NCBI RefSeq assembly: GCF_044324875.1
Contig: NZ_CP172185.1
Direction: 5' to 3' (one strand)
Length of the DNA: 64,000 nucleotides
Origin: Escherichia coli
GTDB lineage: Bacteria > Pseudomonadota > Gammaproteobacteria > Enterobacterales > Enterobacteriaceae
A program made the position numbers and the translations under genes. Positions 1 through 16,390 of the stretch are shown here, in pieces. A model generated the notes under the pieces. It worked only from the letters and a program-made list of their open reading frames with translations, did not search any database and had not been told where the DNA came from. Each line of letters opens with the position of its first letter. Position 1 is the first letter of the stretch.

Positions 1-6469
<6,469 letters not shown>

Positions 6470-8119
6470 GTGAACTGGCGCAGAATCGTCTGGCTATTGG
6501 CGTTGGTTACTCTGCCAACGCTTGCGGAGGAGACGCCGTTACAACTGGTGCTGCGCGGTGCGCAGCACGATCAACTGTATCAGCTGTCGTCATCAGGCGT
6601 GACCAAAGTCTCAGCATTACCTGACACTCTCACCACGCCGTTAGGGAGTTTGTGGAAACTGTATGTTTACGCCTGGCTGGAGGATACCCATCAACCGGAG
6701 CAGCCCTACCAGTGTCGTGGAAACTCCCCGGAAGAGGTTTATTGTTGTCAGGCTGGGGAGAGCATAACGCGCGATACCGCGCTGGTACGTTCCTGTGGGC
6801 TCTATTTTGCGCCGCAGCGGTTGCATATTAGCGCAGATGTGTGGGGGCAATACTGGCAACAGCGTCAGGCACCTGCGTGGTTAGCGTCTCTTACTACGCT
6901 GAAGCCAGAAACCTCGGTAACGGTTAAATCACTGCTTGATTCATTAGCGACGTTACCCGCGCAAAACAAAGCTCAGGAAGTCTTACTGGATGTGGTGCTG
7001 GACGAGGCGAAAATCGGTGTCGCATCCATGCTCGGTAGTCGGGTACGGGTGAAAACCTGGAGCTGGTTTGCCGATGATAAACAGGAAATCCGTCAGGGTG
7101 GTTTTGCCGGCTGGTTAACCGATGGTTCACCGCTGTGGGTTACTGGCAGTGGCACCAGCAAAACGGTACTAACCCGTTATGCGACGGTGCTTAATCGGGT
7201 TTTGCCAGTGCCGACGCAGGTTGCCAGTGGGCAATGTGTAGAGGTGGAGCTGTTTGCCCGCTATCCGCTGAAGAAAATCACAGCGGAAAAGAGTACGACG
7301 GCAGTAAAACCCGGCGTACTTAATGGGCGCTATCGTGTGACATTTGCCAATGGTAACCACATTACGTTTGTCAGCCACGGTGAGACGACCTTACTGAGCG
7401 AAAAGGGCAAACTGAAATTGCAGTCGCATCTTGATCGTGAAGAGTACGTTGCCAGAGTTCTGGATCGCGAGGCGAAAAGTACGCCCCCTGAGGCAGCGAA
7501 AGCCATGACCGTGGCGATTCGCACTTTTTTACAGCAAAACGCCAATCGGGAAGGCGATTGCCTGACCATCCCCGACAGTAGCGCCACGCAGCGTGTTTCT
7601 GCTTCGCCAGCGACCACGGGGGCGCGAACGATGACCGCCTGGACGCAGGATCTTATCTATGCGGGCGATCCGGTTCATTATCATGGCAGTCGCGCTACCG
7701 AAGGGACGCTTTCCTGGCGGCAAGCCACGGCCCAGGCGGGGCAGGGAGAGCGTTACGATCAGATACTCGCATTTGCTTATCCCGACAATAGCCTTAGCCG
7801 CTGGGGAGCGCCGCGCTCAACCTGCCAGTTATTACCCAAAGCGAAAGCCTGGCTGGCGAAAAAAATGCCGCAGTGGCGGCGTATATTACAAGGCGAGACG
7901 GGGTACAACGAACCAGACGTGTTTGCGGTCTGTCGTTTAGTCTCAGGTTTCCCCTATACCGATCGGCAGCAGAAACGGCTGTTTATTCGTAACTTCTTTA
8001 CGCTTCAGGATCGGCTGGATTTAACCCATGAGTATCTGCACCTGGCCTTTGATGGTTATCCCACCGGGCTTGATGAGAACTATATCGAAACGCTGACCCG
8101 ACAATTATTAATGGACTAA
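6470..8119 (+). CDS. yfaQ: YfaQ-like exported protein (DUF2300 family)
   Basis: 549-aa ORF with GTG start immediately after the yfaS stop (TAAGTG); N-terminal signal peptide MNWRRIVWLLALVTLPTLAEE. Confidence 0.85.
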   Translation: MNWRRIVWLLALVTLPTLAEETPLQLVLRGAQHDQLYQLSSSGVTKVSALPDTLTTPLGSLWKLYVYAWLEDTHQPEQPYQCRGNSPEEVYCCQAGESITRDTALVRSCGLYFAPQRLHISADVWGQYWQQRQAPAWLASLTTLKPETSVTVKSLLDSLATLPAQNKAQEVLLDVVLDEAKIGVASMLGSRVRVKTWSWFADDKQEIRQGGFAGWLTDGSPLWVTGSGTSKTVLTRYATVLNRVLPVPTQVASGQCVEVELFARYPLKKITAEKSTTAVKPGVLNGRYRVTFANGNHITFVSHGETTLLSEKGKLKLQSHLDREEYVARVLDREAKSTPPEAAKAMTVAIRTFLQQNANREGDCLTIPDSSATQRVSASPATTGARTMTAWTQDLIYAGDPVHYHGSRATEGTLSWRQATAQAGQGERYDQILAFAYPDNSLSRWGAPRSTCQLLPKAKAWLAKKMPQWRRILQGETGYNEPDVFAVCRLVSGFPYTDRQQKRLFIRNFFTLQDRLDLTHEYLHLAFDGYPTGLDENYIETLTRQLLMD

Positions 8120-8123
8120 TGCT

Positions 8124-8900
8124 ATGCGAAAGATTTTTCTTCCGTTGTTACTGGTGGCGCTTTCGCCTGTCGCTCACAGTGAAGGTGTGCAGGAAGTCGA
8201 GATTGATGCACCGCTCTCTGGCTGGCATCCGGCAGAGGGCGAAGATGCCAGTTTTTCACAATCGCTCAATTACCCGGCGTCGTCCGTCAACATGGCAGAT
8301 GATCAAAATATCTCAGCGCAGATCCGCGGCAAAATAAAGAATTATGCTGCGGCGGGTAAAGTTCAGCAGGGCCGGCTGGTGGTCAACGGTGCCAGTATGC
8401 CGCAGAGAATTGAATCCGATGGTTCATTTGCACGCCCTTATATTTTTACTGAAGGCAGCAACAGCGTGCAGGTCATCAGCCCAGATGGGCAAAGCCGACA
8501 AAAAATGCAGTTTTACTCAACGCCGGGCGCTGGAGTGATCCGCGCGCGTTTACGGCTGGTTCTCTCCTGGGATACGGACAATACCGACCTCGACCTTCAC
8601 GTTGTTACACCTGATGGCGAACACGCCTGGTACGGTAACACCGTGCTGAAAAACAGTGGTGCACTGGATATGGATGTCACGACGGGGTACGGCCCCGAGA
8701 TTTTCGCCATGCCAGCGCCGATTCACGGACGTTATCAGGTGTATATAAACTACTATGGCGGACGCAGCGAAACGGAATTAACCACCGCCCAACTGACGCT
8801 GATCACTGATGAAGGATCGGTCAATGAGAAACAGGAAACTTTCATTGTACCGATGCGTAATGCTGGCGAGTTGACGCTGGTGAAAAGTTTTGACTGGTGA
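8124..8900 (+). CDS. yfaP: YfaP-like exported protein (DUF2135 family)
   Basis: 258-aa ORF 4 bp after yfaQ stop; signal peptide MRKIFLPLLLVALSPVAHSEG. Confidence 0.85.
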   Translation: MRKIFLPLLLVALSPVAHSEGVQEVEIDAPLSGWHPAEGEDASFSQSLNYPASSVNMADDQNISAQIRGKIKNYAAAGKVQQGRLVVNGASMPQRIESDGSFARPYIFTEGSNSVQVISPDGQSRQKMQFYSTPGAGVIRARLRLVLSWDTDNTDLDLHVVTPDGEHAWYGNTVLKNSGALDMDVTTGYGPEIFAMPAPIHGRYQVYINYYGGRSETELTTAQLTLITDEGSVNEKQETFIVPMRNAGELTLVKSFDW

Positions 8901-8933
8901 TTAATGGGGTTACCTTCGCCGTCGATGTTCAAG

Positions 8934-8969
8934 AAAACACCCGATAACTTTCGCTATCGGGTGTTTTTA
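8934..8969. terminator. Intrinsic terminator hairpin between convergent yfaP and atoB
   Basis: Inverted repeat acacccgata…tatcgggtgt followed by TTTTTAT; lies between two convergent stop codons. Confidence 0.6.
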
Positions 8970-8973
8970 TTGA

Positions 8974-10158
8974 TTAATTCAACCGTTCAATCACCATCGC
9001 AATTCCCTGGCCGCCACCAATGCACAGTGTTGCCAGCCCCAGCGTTTTATCGCGTGCCTGCATGGCATGTAATAGTGTGACCAGAATACGAGCACCACTG
9101 GCACCGATAGGATGCCCGAGCGCGATGGCCCCGCCGTTGACATTCACTTTCTCAGAATCAAAGCCCAGGGTTTTCCCAACGGCAAGGAACTGTGCAGCAA
9201 ATGCTTCATTAGCCTCAATGAGATCAATATCCGCCAGTTGCAGCCCCGCCAGTTGTAACGCTTTTTGCGTGGCAGGTACTGGCCCCATACCCATCAATGC
9301 GGGGGGCACGCCACCGCTGGCATAACTTTTAATGCGAGCCAGGGGGGTAAGGCCTGCTGCCAGCGCCGCAGATTCTTCCATAATCACCAGAGCGGCAGCA
9401 CCGTCGTTAATACCAGACGCGTTCCCGGCGGTGACTGTTCCTGCTTTATCGAAGGCCGGGCGCAACGCGCCTAACGCTTCAGTCGTAGAATCCGCTTTCG
9501 GGAATTCGTCTTGACTGAAGACGAAGGTTTTCTTCCGAGTGACAACATTTACCGGGACGATTTCGGCTGTAAAAGCACCGGACTCAATTGCGGCTGCCGC
9601 TTTACGCTGTGAATGTAGCGCCAGTTCATCCTGCATTTCTCGGGTAATTCCGTACTCTTTGGCCACGTTCTCGGCGGTAATCCCCATATGATAACCATGG
9701 GTGGCGCACATCAGACCATCGCGCAGGATTACGTCATAAACCTGTCCGTCTCCAAGACGATAACCAGAGCGTGCTTTTGCATCGAGTAAGTAGGGCGCTA
9801 AACTCATATTTTCCATACCCCCCGCCACAATGCTTTGCGCCTGACCTGCCTGAATTGCCTGGGCGGCAAGCGCCACACTTTTAAGACCCGAACCACACAC
9901 TTTATTGACCGTGAATCCGCACACCGTTTCTGCCAGCCCGCTTTTTAACAGTGCCTGACGTGCCGGATTTTGCCCCAACCCGGCTTGCAACACGTTACCC
10001 ATAATCACTTCATCAATGTGTAGTGAATCGATTTTTGCACGTTCAATGGCGGCTTTAATTACTGTCGCCCCCAGGTCGATGGCGCTGGTGGAAGCGAGTG
10101 AACCGTTAAAACTACCGATAGCAGTACGTACCGCACTGACGATGACACAATTTTTCAT
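8974..10158 (-). CDS. atoB: Acetyl-CoA acetyltransferase (thiolase II)
   Basis: 394 aa; thiolase motifs NKVCGSGLK (active Cys) and C-terminal [14 protein letters not shown]. Confidence 0.95.
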   Translation of the reverse strand: MKNCVIVSAVRTAIGSFNGSLASTSAIDLGATVIKAAIERAKIDSLHIDEVIMGNVLQAGLGQNPARQALLKSGLAETVCGFTVNKVCGSGLKSVALAAQAIQAGQAQSIVAGGMENMSLAPYLLDAKARSGYRLGDGQVYDVILRDGLMCATHGYHMGITAENVAKEYGITREMQDELALHSQRKAAAAIESGAFTAEIVPVNVVTRKKTFVFSQDEFPKADSTTEALGALRPAFDKAGTVTAGNASGINDGAAALVIMEESAALAAGLTPLARIKSYASGGVPPALMGMGPVPATQKALQLAGLQLADIDLIEANEAFAAQFLAVGKTLGFDSEKVNVNGGAIALGHPIGASGARILVTLLHAMQARDKTLGLATLCIGGGQGIAMVIERLN

Positions 10159-10188
10159 TTTTTATTCCTTCTGTCTGTAGGGTTGCCG

Positions 10189-11511
10189 TCAGAACAGCGT
10201 TAAACCAATGACGAAAATGACGCCGGAGAAGAGCAGGGCAGTGATGCAATAGCCCATGATGTCGCGGACACCGAGTCCGGCGATTGCCAGTGCTGGCAGC
10301 GCCCAGAATGGTTGTGCCATGTTCATCCATTGCTCGCCGTAGGCGATCGCCATTACCGATTTACCGAGATCAGCGCCCAGCGCCTGGGCTGCGGGTATCA
10401 CGAAAGGTCCCTGAATAACCCAGTGACCGCCGCCAGACGGAACGGCGAAGTTAATCAGTGCAGAACTAAAAAAGGTCATTACCGGGAAGGTGTCTTTGTT
10501 CGCAACATTGATGAAGAATTCGGTAATGAGTCCGCCCAGACCGGAATGCTCCATCATCAGTTGGATCCCAGCGTAGAAGGGGAATTGCACCAGAATACCG
10601 GCAGTACTGCGTGCTGCCGCGCTGATAGCACGCATATAAGCCATTGGCGTTTTATGTAGCAGCAGACCCGCAATCATAAACATCAGGTTGACGGTATTGA
10701 TGGTGATGTTGAAGCCATGTTCGCTGAAGTACATCGCAAGGTAAGCGATACCGAGTGCGCCGATGATCAACGTCAGAATGCGGCTTTCTTCCAGTCGCTC
10801 GGATGGTGGGGCATCTTTCGGTAGCTGCTTTTGGAAATCAGCCTCTTCCATGAGTAGTTTCGGATCGATACTCACCACGTCAGACGGTTTTGGCATCATC
10901 ATGCGGGTGATAAATGGCATCACCACAATCAACGCCACAGTGATGAAAATGTTAAAACCACTGAACAGAGTATCGCCCACCGGGATCAGCCCGGCGATAT
11001 GCTCAACCGGGTTGCCCGGTGTTGCAGCCAACAGAGGCATTGAGCCAGAGAAACCGCCACCCCAGGTGAGAAAACCAATGTAGGCGCAGGCAATGAGCAA
11101 CGGATAATCAGAACCGGGTACTCGGCGGGCGACTTCACGGGCAAACATTGCGCCGACAACCAAACCAAATCCCCAGTTGATGACACAAGCGACTGAACCG
11201 AAGAAAGTAACCAGCATGACGCCCTGTACGGGCGTCTTTGCGGCGGAGGCGGCAGTACGCAGCAAACTTTTTACCGGAGCAGAGCTGGCAAGGGCATGAC
11301 CGGTAACGATGATAAGTGCCATCTGCATACCAAACGCCAGCAAGTTCCAGAAACCGTCACCCCACATTTTCACCATGCTGATCGGCGTTTGTGGTGTTAA
11401 CCAAAGCGCGATCACGAAAGTTAGCAATGTCAGCAACATGGCAAAGATCAGTGGATCGGGAAGCCACCGGCTGACAAAACGCGTCATAAAACGCGATATG
11501 CGACCAATCAT
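10189..11511 (-). CDS. atoE: Short-chain fatty acid transporter
   Basis: 440 aa polytopic membrane protein between atoA and atoB. Confidence 0.9.
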   Translation of the reverse strand: MIGRISRFMTRFVSRWLPDPLIFAMLLTLLTFVIALWLTPQTPISMVKMWGDGFWNLLAFGMQMALIIVTGHALASSAPVKSLLRTAASAAKTPVQGVMLVTFFGSVACVINWGFGLVVGAMFAREVARRVPGSDYPLLIACAYIGFLTWGGGFSGSMPLLAATPGNPVEHIAGLIPVGDTLFSGFNIFITVALIVVMPFITRMMMPKPSDVVSIDPKLLMEEADFQKQLPKDAPPSERLEESRILTLIIGALGIAYLAMYFSEHGFNITINTVNLMFMIAGLLLHKTPMAYMRAISAAARSTAGILVQFPFYAGIQLMMEHSGLGGLITEFFINVANKDTFPVMTFFSSALINFAVPSGGGHWVIQGPFVIPAAQALGADLGKSVMAIAYGEQWMNMAQPFWALPALAIAGLGVRDIMGYCITALLFSGVIFVIGLTLF

Positions 11512-12158
11512 AAATCACCCCGTTGCGTATTCAGATCGGCGGCAACTTCAAACCGAGCTTCTGTTTTGGCACACACGGTGGCTAAATCACACCCGTCGGC
11601 AATTTCGGTGAGCCACATTTTGCCGTCAATAAAACGAAAGACAGCCAGTTCAGTAACCAGCATATGCACCGCATGTTGCGCAGTGAGTGGCATGGTGCAG
11701 CGGCGCAAAATTTTTGCTGAACCATCTTTGGCACAATGTTCCATGGCGATGATCACTTTGCGCGACCCGGTCACCAGATCCATCGCGCCACCCATACCGG
11801 GCACCATTTTCCCAGGCACTACCCAGTTCGCGAGGTTGGCTTCTTCGTCTACCTGCAAACCGCCGAGCACGCAGGCATCAATATGACCGCCGCGGATTAG
11901 CGCAAATGACATGGCGCTATCAAACATGGCTGCACCGGGTAAAACACCGCACGGTTGTCCGCCAGCGTTCACCAGATCTGGATGCGCTGTCGTGACCGGG
12001 CCTAAACCGAGGAAGCCGTTTTCCGATTGCAGAGTGATATGAATACCCTCCGGTAAATAATTGGCGACCATTGTGGGTAAACCGATCCCTAAGTTAACGA
12101 TGTCACCATCACGAAGCTCTTGCGCCACACGGCGCGCAATACGTTGTTTCGCATCCAT
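11508..12158 (-). CDS. atoA: Acetate/acetoacetate CoA-transferase beta subunit
   Basis: 216 aa; start overlaps atoD stop by 1 nt (TAATG); 4-bp overlap with atoE. Confidence 0.93.
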   Translation of the reverse strand: MDAKQRIARRVAQELRDGDIVNLGIGLPTMVANYLPEGIHITLQSENGFLGLGPVTTAHPDLVNAGGQPCGVLPGAAMFDSAMSFALIRGGHIDACVLGGLQVDEEANLANWVVPGKMVPGMGGAMDLVTGSRKVIIAMEHCAKDGSAKILRRCTMPLTAQHAVHMLVTELAVFRFIDGKMWLTEIADGCDLATVCAKTEARFEVAADLNTQRGDL

Positions 12159-12820
12159 TATTTGCTCTCCTGTGAAACGATGATGTGGTCGATAACGGCA
12201 CCAGGGGTGACAATATGGTCAGGTTGCAGCTCGCCGATTTCGACCAGTTCATCTGGCTCTACCAGCGTGATATCAGCCGCAAGGGCTATCAGGGGGTTAA
12301 AGTTGCGGGCGCTAAGGTGATAGGTCAGGTTGCCAAGTGTGTCGCAACGATGAGCGCGAATTAGCGCCAGGTCGGCGCGCAGTGGGCGTTCGAGCAGCCA
12401 GGTTTTACCGTCGAGTGTCAGTGTCTGTTTGCCTTCCTCTACGACGGTGCCGACACCCGTTGGGGTGAGAAAACCACCAAGTCCAGCTCCACCACAGCGA
12501 ATTTGCTCGATTAGCGTACCTTGCGGCACCAGAACGACGTCCATCTCACCAGATATCATGCGCCGACCTGTTTCCGGGTTGGTGCCGATATGTGAAGCAA
12601 TCACTTTGCGGACTCGACCATTGACGATGAGCGGACCGATGCCAGTATCAACAAACGCGGTATCATTGGCTATCAATGTCAGGTCGCGAACACCAGATTC
12701 CAGTAATGCTTCAACCAGGCGGGATGGAGTGCCAATCCCCATAAATCCGCCCACCATGATGGTCATGCCGTCACGAAAGAAGCCGGTGGCATCTTGTAAT
12801 GTCATCAATTTTGTTTTCAT
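12158..12820 (-). CDS. atoD: Acetate/acetoacetate CoA-transferase alpha subunit
   Basis: 220 aa; first gene downstream of a sigma54-type promoter. Confidence 0.93.
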   Translation of the reverse strand: MKTKLMTLQDATGFFRDGMTIMVGGFMGIGTPSRLVEALLESGVRDLTLIANDTAFVDTGIGPLIVNGRVRKVIASHIGTNPETGRRMISGEMDVVLVPQGTLIEQIRCGGAGLGGFLTPTGVGTVVEEGKQTLTLDGKTWLLERPLRADLALIRAHRCDTLGNLTYHLSARNFNPLIALAADITLVEPDELVEIGELQPDHIVTPGAVIDHIIVSQESK

Positions 12821-12865
12821 TTTTTATCCCTCTTGCATACACCGTTGTGGGTACAGTCAGGGAAT

Positions 12866-12881
12866 AGCAAGGGGAGTGCCA
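12866..12881 (-). promoter_or_regulatory. Sigma54 (-24/-12) promoter of atoDAEB
   Basis: Reverse complement reads TGGCAC-TCCCC-TTGCT (GG-N10-GC), about 45-60 bp upstream of the atoD start. Confidence 0.8.
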
Positions 12882-12964
12882 GAATGAGATTACTGGATTT
12901 TGTTATTTAACTAATTGAATATGAAGGGATAAATTGGATGGGGATTTATAAGGAGAATGAGCGG

Positions 12965-13003
12965 CTATGCAGAAAATTGCGCACTGTGCAAATTTCTGCA
13001 TAG
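12965..13003. promoter_or_regulatory. AtoC enhancer-binding palindrome upstream of the atoD promoter
   Basis: Near-perfect inverted repeat ctatgcagaaaattgcgca / tgcaaatttctgcatag, roughly 90-140 bp upstream of the sigma54 element. Confidence 0.7.
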
Positions 13004-13015
13004 CAAGTTTTAGCG

Positions 13016-14401
13016 TTATACATCCGCCGGATCGATACCGTATTCCTGGAGTTTATACATCAATGCACGGCGACTGATGCCCAGCATTAAAGCAGTGCGG
13101 GTTCGGTTTCCTTCTTGTTGTTCCAGCACTTCCATAATGATGCGTTTTTCGACGCGTTTAATTTCCTCTTTTAAATTACGCTCTCCGACAGGGGATGTTT
13201 TTACCTCGCCAGCATTACTGACTGGCTGACGAATCTGCGGCGGAAGATCCTCAGAAAAAATGATCGGGCCTGAGTTCATCACGACGGCGCGTTCAATAAC
13301 GTTGGAAAGCTCTCGAATATTTCCCGGCCATGACCAGGCGGTAAGCAGTGACATTGCCATCGGATCGATGTCGATAATATCGCGCTGATTCTCACTACTG
13401 AATTTTTGCAAAAAGTGATTAGCTAACAGGGAAATATCTTCCCGGCGATCGCGCAGAGGCGGCAGTATTAAATGAATAACGTTAAGGCGATAAAAGAGAT
13501 CTTCACGGAAGGTGCCTTCTTTCACCATTGCCTGCAAGTCGCGGTTGGTGGCAGCAATGATGCGGATATCAACTTTTATGGTCTGATGGCCGCCAATCCG
13601 TTCAAATTCCCGTTCCTGCAGAATGCGTAGTAATTTGGCTTGCAGTACGAGCGGCATTTCGCCAATTTCGTCGAGGAGCAGAGTACCTTCGTTGGCACGT
13701 TCAAATAATCCCTGACGCAAGGTTTGTGCACCAGTAAATGCCCCTTTTTCATGACCAAACAGTTCACTTTCGAGCAACGATTCCGGCAGCGCCGCGCAGT
13801 TGACTTTAATGAACGGCCCCTTTGCCCGCCGCGAATTGTAGTGAATCGCTCTGGCAATCAACTCTTTCCCGGTGCCGCTTTCACCGCTAATCAAGACGCT
13901 GGCCTGAGAAAGGGCAATTTTGGCGGTGTCTTTGCAGATATCCATCATCGCCGGGCTGTTGGTGAGAATGTGCCCCCATTGCCAGCTGGTGCTCAGTGCC
14001 TGGTGCAGATGACGGATCTCTTTTTTCATTGACTGGAGTTGTAAAGCGCGCTGAACGATTAAATTCAACTCATCGAGATCAAACGGTTTGATAACATAGT
14101 CGAAGGCCCCGCAGCGTAGCGCTTCGACGGCGGTTTCCACTTCAGCATAGGCCGTCATCAGAATAACGGGGGTCCGTGTCTCATGGCTGCGCATCTCCTT
14201 GAGTGCCTTGATGCCGTCCATCTCTGGCATGCGGATATCCATCAACACCACGTCAGGGTGAATATCAGCAAACAGGTGTAATGCTGTGCGTCCGTTGTTC
14301 GCACAATGTGTTTCGAAACCTTGTAGTGCAAAAGCGGTGCTCAGCATACGGCGAACATTATCTTCATCATCCACAATAAGGATGCGATTAATAGCAGTCA
14401 T
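13016..14401 (-). CDS. atoC: Sigma54-dependent response regulator AtoC
   Basis: 461 aa; receiver domain (IVDDEDNVRRM…D), AAA+ Walker A GESGTGKE, GAFTGA motif, C-terminal HTH; 4-bp overlap with atoS. Confidence 0.95.
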   Translation of the reverse strand: MTAINRILIVDDEDNVRRMLSTAFALQGFETHCANNGRTALHLFADIHPDVVLMDIRMPEMDGIKALKEMRSHETRTPVILMTAYAEVETAVEALRCGAFDYVIKPFDLDELNLIVQRALQLQSMKKEIRHLHQALSTSWQWGHILTNSPAMMDICKDTAKIALSQASVLISGESGTGKELIARAIHYNSRRAKGPFIKVNCAALPESLLESELFGHEKGAFTGAQTLRQGLFERANEGTLLLDEIGEMPLVLQAKLLRILQEREFERIGGHQTIKVDIRIIAATNRDLQAMVKEGTFREDLFYRLNVIHLILPPLRDRREDISLLANHFLQKFSSENQRDIIDIDPMAMSLLTAWSWPGNIRELSNVIERAVVMNSGPIIFSEDLPPQIRQPVSNAGEVKTSPVGERNLKEEIKRVEKRIIMEVLEQQEGNRTRTALMLGISRRALMYKLQEYGIDPADV

Positions 14402-16224
14402 ACAGTCTGATTTCCCTGCGGGTTGATCGGTAAAATAAGCGTGAAGGTTGCGCCGTAGCCCGGCAAACTGGCGACGCGAATATCACCCTGATGGGCATTA
14501 ATGATGCGTTGACTTAACGCCAGACCAAGCCCGGTTCCTGAGGCTTTGGTGGTGAAAAAGGGATCGAAGATCTTTTTTTGCAGCGAGAGATCAATGCCAC
14601 AGCCGTTGTCCTCTATCGAAATGGCCTGTTGTGAGTCGCTGTACTGCCAGGTTCGAATGCGAATTTTCCCTCGTGCACTGATAGCCTGGACGGCATTGAT
14701 CAGGATATTCAGTAGTACCTGTTTGAGCAGTTCACGATCGGCGTTAATCGGGCTTAATTCATTATCCAGTTCGCTTATGAAGTCGATCCGCGCTTGTACG
14801 CCAGCGGTTTGTACCAGTACCAGAGTTTCTTCAACCAATGCATTGAGGCTGACTTGTTGCCATTGACTGTGGCGTGGACGTGAAAATTCGAGCAATTGCT
14901 GAATAACTTTGTTAATTGAATCGATTTCTTTGAGTACTACGGACAGATATTCCTGATGTATTGGGTCACCGGTTTGTTGGCGCAAGATCTGTACATAACC
15001 ACGAATAGCCGTTAGCGGATTACGTACTTCATGCGCGACGCCAGCCATCAGCTCACCCAGTGTGGCGAGGCGTTCTGCTTGCGCCATGCGGCGCTGGGTT
15101 TCTTTGCGGGCAGTTAAATCAGAGAAAATCACCAAAGCACCTATCATTTCACCATGCGTGTTATGAATACGACTGGTAGTGACACTGAGTTCAATGGTGC
15201 GGTCACGGCCTGGAAAACTGATCTCCAGCGCTACATGTTCGGTGCCATGTTCCAGCGTATCCAGTACTGGACTGTAGAACTGAGTATTGTCGAACAACAT
15301 GGAGTAAGGCTGCCCTACCAGTTCATGACGTTGATAGCCAGTGATGACTTCTGCTGCCGGGTTCATGGTGGTTACATCACCCTGGCGGTCAATGGCAATG
15401 ACGCCATCGGCAGCGTTTTCAATAATCAGATCGTTAAGTGTCCGCGTTTCACGCAGTGCCTGGGCGAGGTTGTTAACACTCTGACTGATTTGCCCCATTT
15501 CACCGGGCAATTGTGGTAATCGAGTGGGAATATTTTGCGCCAGAGTCGAGAGGCCATCGGTGATGATATCAATATTGGCGCTCAGGCGACGGGAGAAAAG
15601 GACAATCAACAGCAGGCTTATCAGCAAACCGGCGGTGAGCACAATGATAATCCTCACATCCATTTTCCAGGCCTGGCGGCGAATATCTTCGGTTAATTCA
15701 TTGGCCCAGATATAGCCGAGGATTTCACCATTACGCTCAATGGGGATCATTGAATTCAAAATATCGCCGCGCACCTGCCTGCCTGAATAAACCAAAGGGG
15801 TATTTGTACGCATGACTTCGCGACCAGGGTGATCTGCGGCAATGGTAACGCCGACATTATTCTGATATAGCGCTGAAGGCGCGTAGGTGATTATCGCATC
15901 CAGCGTTTTGTTGTAATAACTAGCGCCGATGCCAGGGAAGGCGTGAGTGATATTTTCGGTAATGGGGGCAAGTTCTGCATTTAATGCGCGGATACGCTCC
16001 TCACGTGGTAAGTCGATGTAGAGATCATAGCGATCGCCTAGTGCCTGATTAAGCAGGTTGACCACGGCAGAAAGTTTTTTCTCTTTTTCAGATAAGACTG
16101 CTGAACGTCCTTCCGTTTCTACGATATAACCAATAGTAAGCGTTGGGACAATGACCATCAGGATTGCCATCAGGATCATTTGATTGCGTAAGCGGCGTGG
16201 ATAAATCCACTTCATATAATGCAT
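14398..16224 (-). CDS. atoS: Sensor histidine kinase AtoS
   Basis: H-box AHEVRNPL, transmembrane N-terminus, PAS region; start placed at MHYMKWIYPRR (ORF-track 16236 start is 4 codons upstream). Confidence 0.9.
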   Translation of the reverse strand: MHYMKWIYPRRLRNQMILMAILMVIVPTLTIGYIVETEGRSAVLSEKEKKLSAVVNLLNQALGDRYDLYIDLPREERIRALNAELAPITENITHAFPGIGASYYNKTLDAIITYAPSALYQNNVGVTIAADHPGREVMRTNTPLVYSGRQVRGDILNSMIPIERNGEILGYIWANELTEDIRRQAWKMDVRIIIVLTAGLLISLLLIVLFSRRLSANIDIITDGLSTLAQNIPTRLPQLPGEMGQISQSVNNLAQALRETRTLNDLIIENAADGVIAIDRQGDVTTMNPAAEVITGYQRHELVGQPYSMLFDNTQFYSPVLDTLEHGTEHVALEISFPGRDRTIELSVTTSRIHNTHGEMIGALVIFSDLTARKETQRRMAQAERLATLGELMAGVAHEVRNPLTAIRGYVQILRQQTGDPIHQEYLSVVLKEIDSINKVIQQLLEFSRPRHSQWQQVSLNALVEETLVLVQTAGVQARIDFISELDNELSPINADRELLKQVLLNILINAVQAISARGKIRIRTWQYSDSQQAISIEDNGCGIDLSLQKKIFDPFFTTKASGTGLGLALSQRIINAHQGDIRVASLPGYGATFTLILPINPQGNQTV

Positions 16225-16390
16225 GCTGAAATCCACTAGTCTTGTCCGGTATATGACGATTATCAGAGGTTAAGGTGATGATTTCTCGGCGGTGTATCAT
16301 ATTCCAGAGAAGAGAGAACATTGCGGTAACACGCTTTTACCGCTACCTTAACCACACTCCATCGGTCACCTGAGGCGGAGCTTCGCCCCT

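Noticed and set aside
8119-8337. 72-aa ORF overlapping the yfaP 5' region in another frame
   Set aside because: Overlaps a signal-peptide-bearing gene in the operon frame; Arg/Cys-rich translation with no features.
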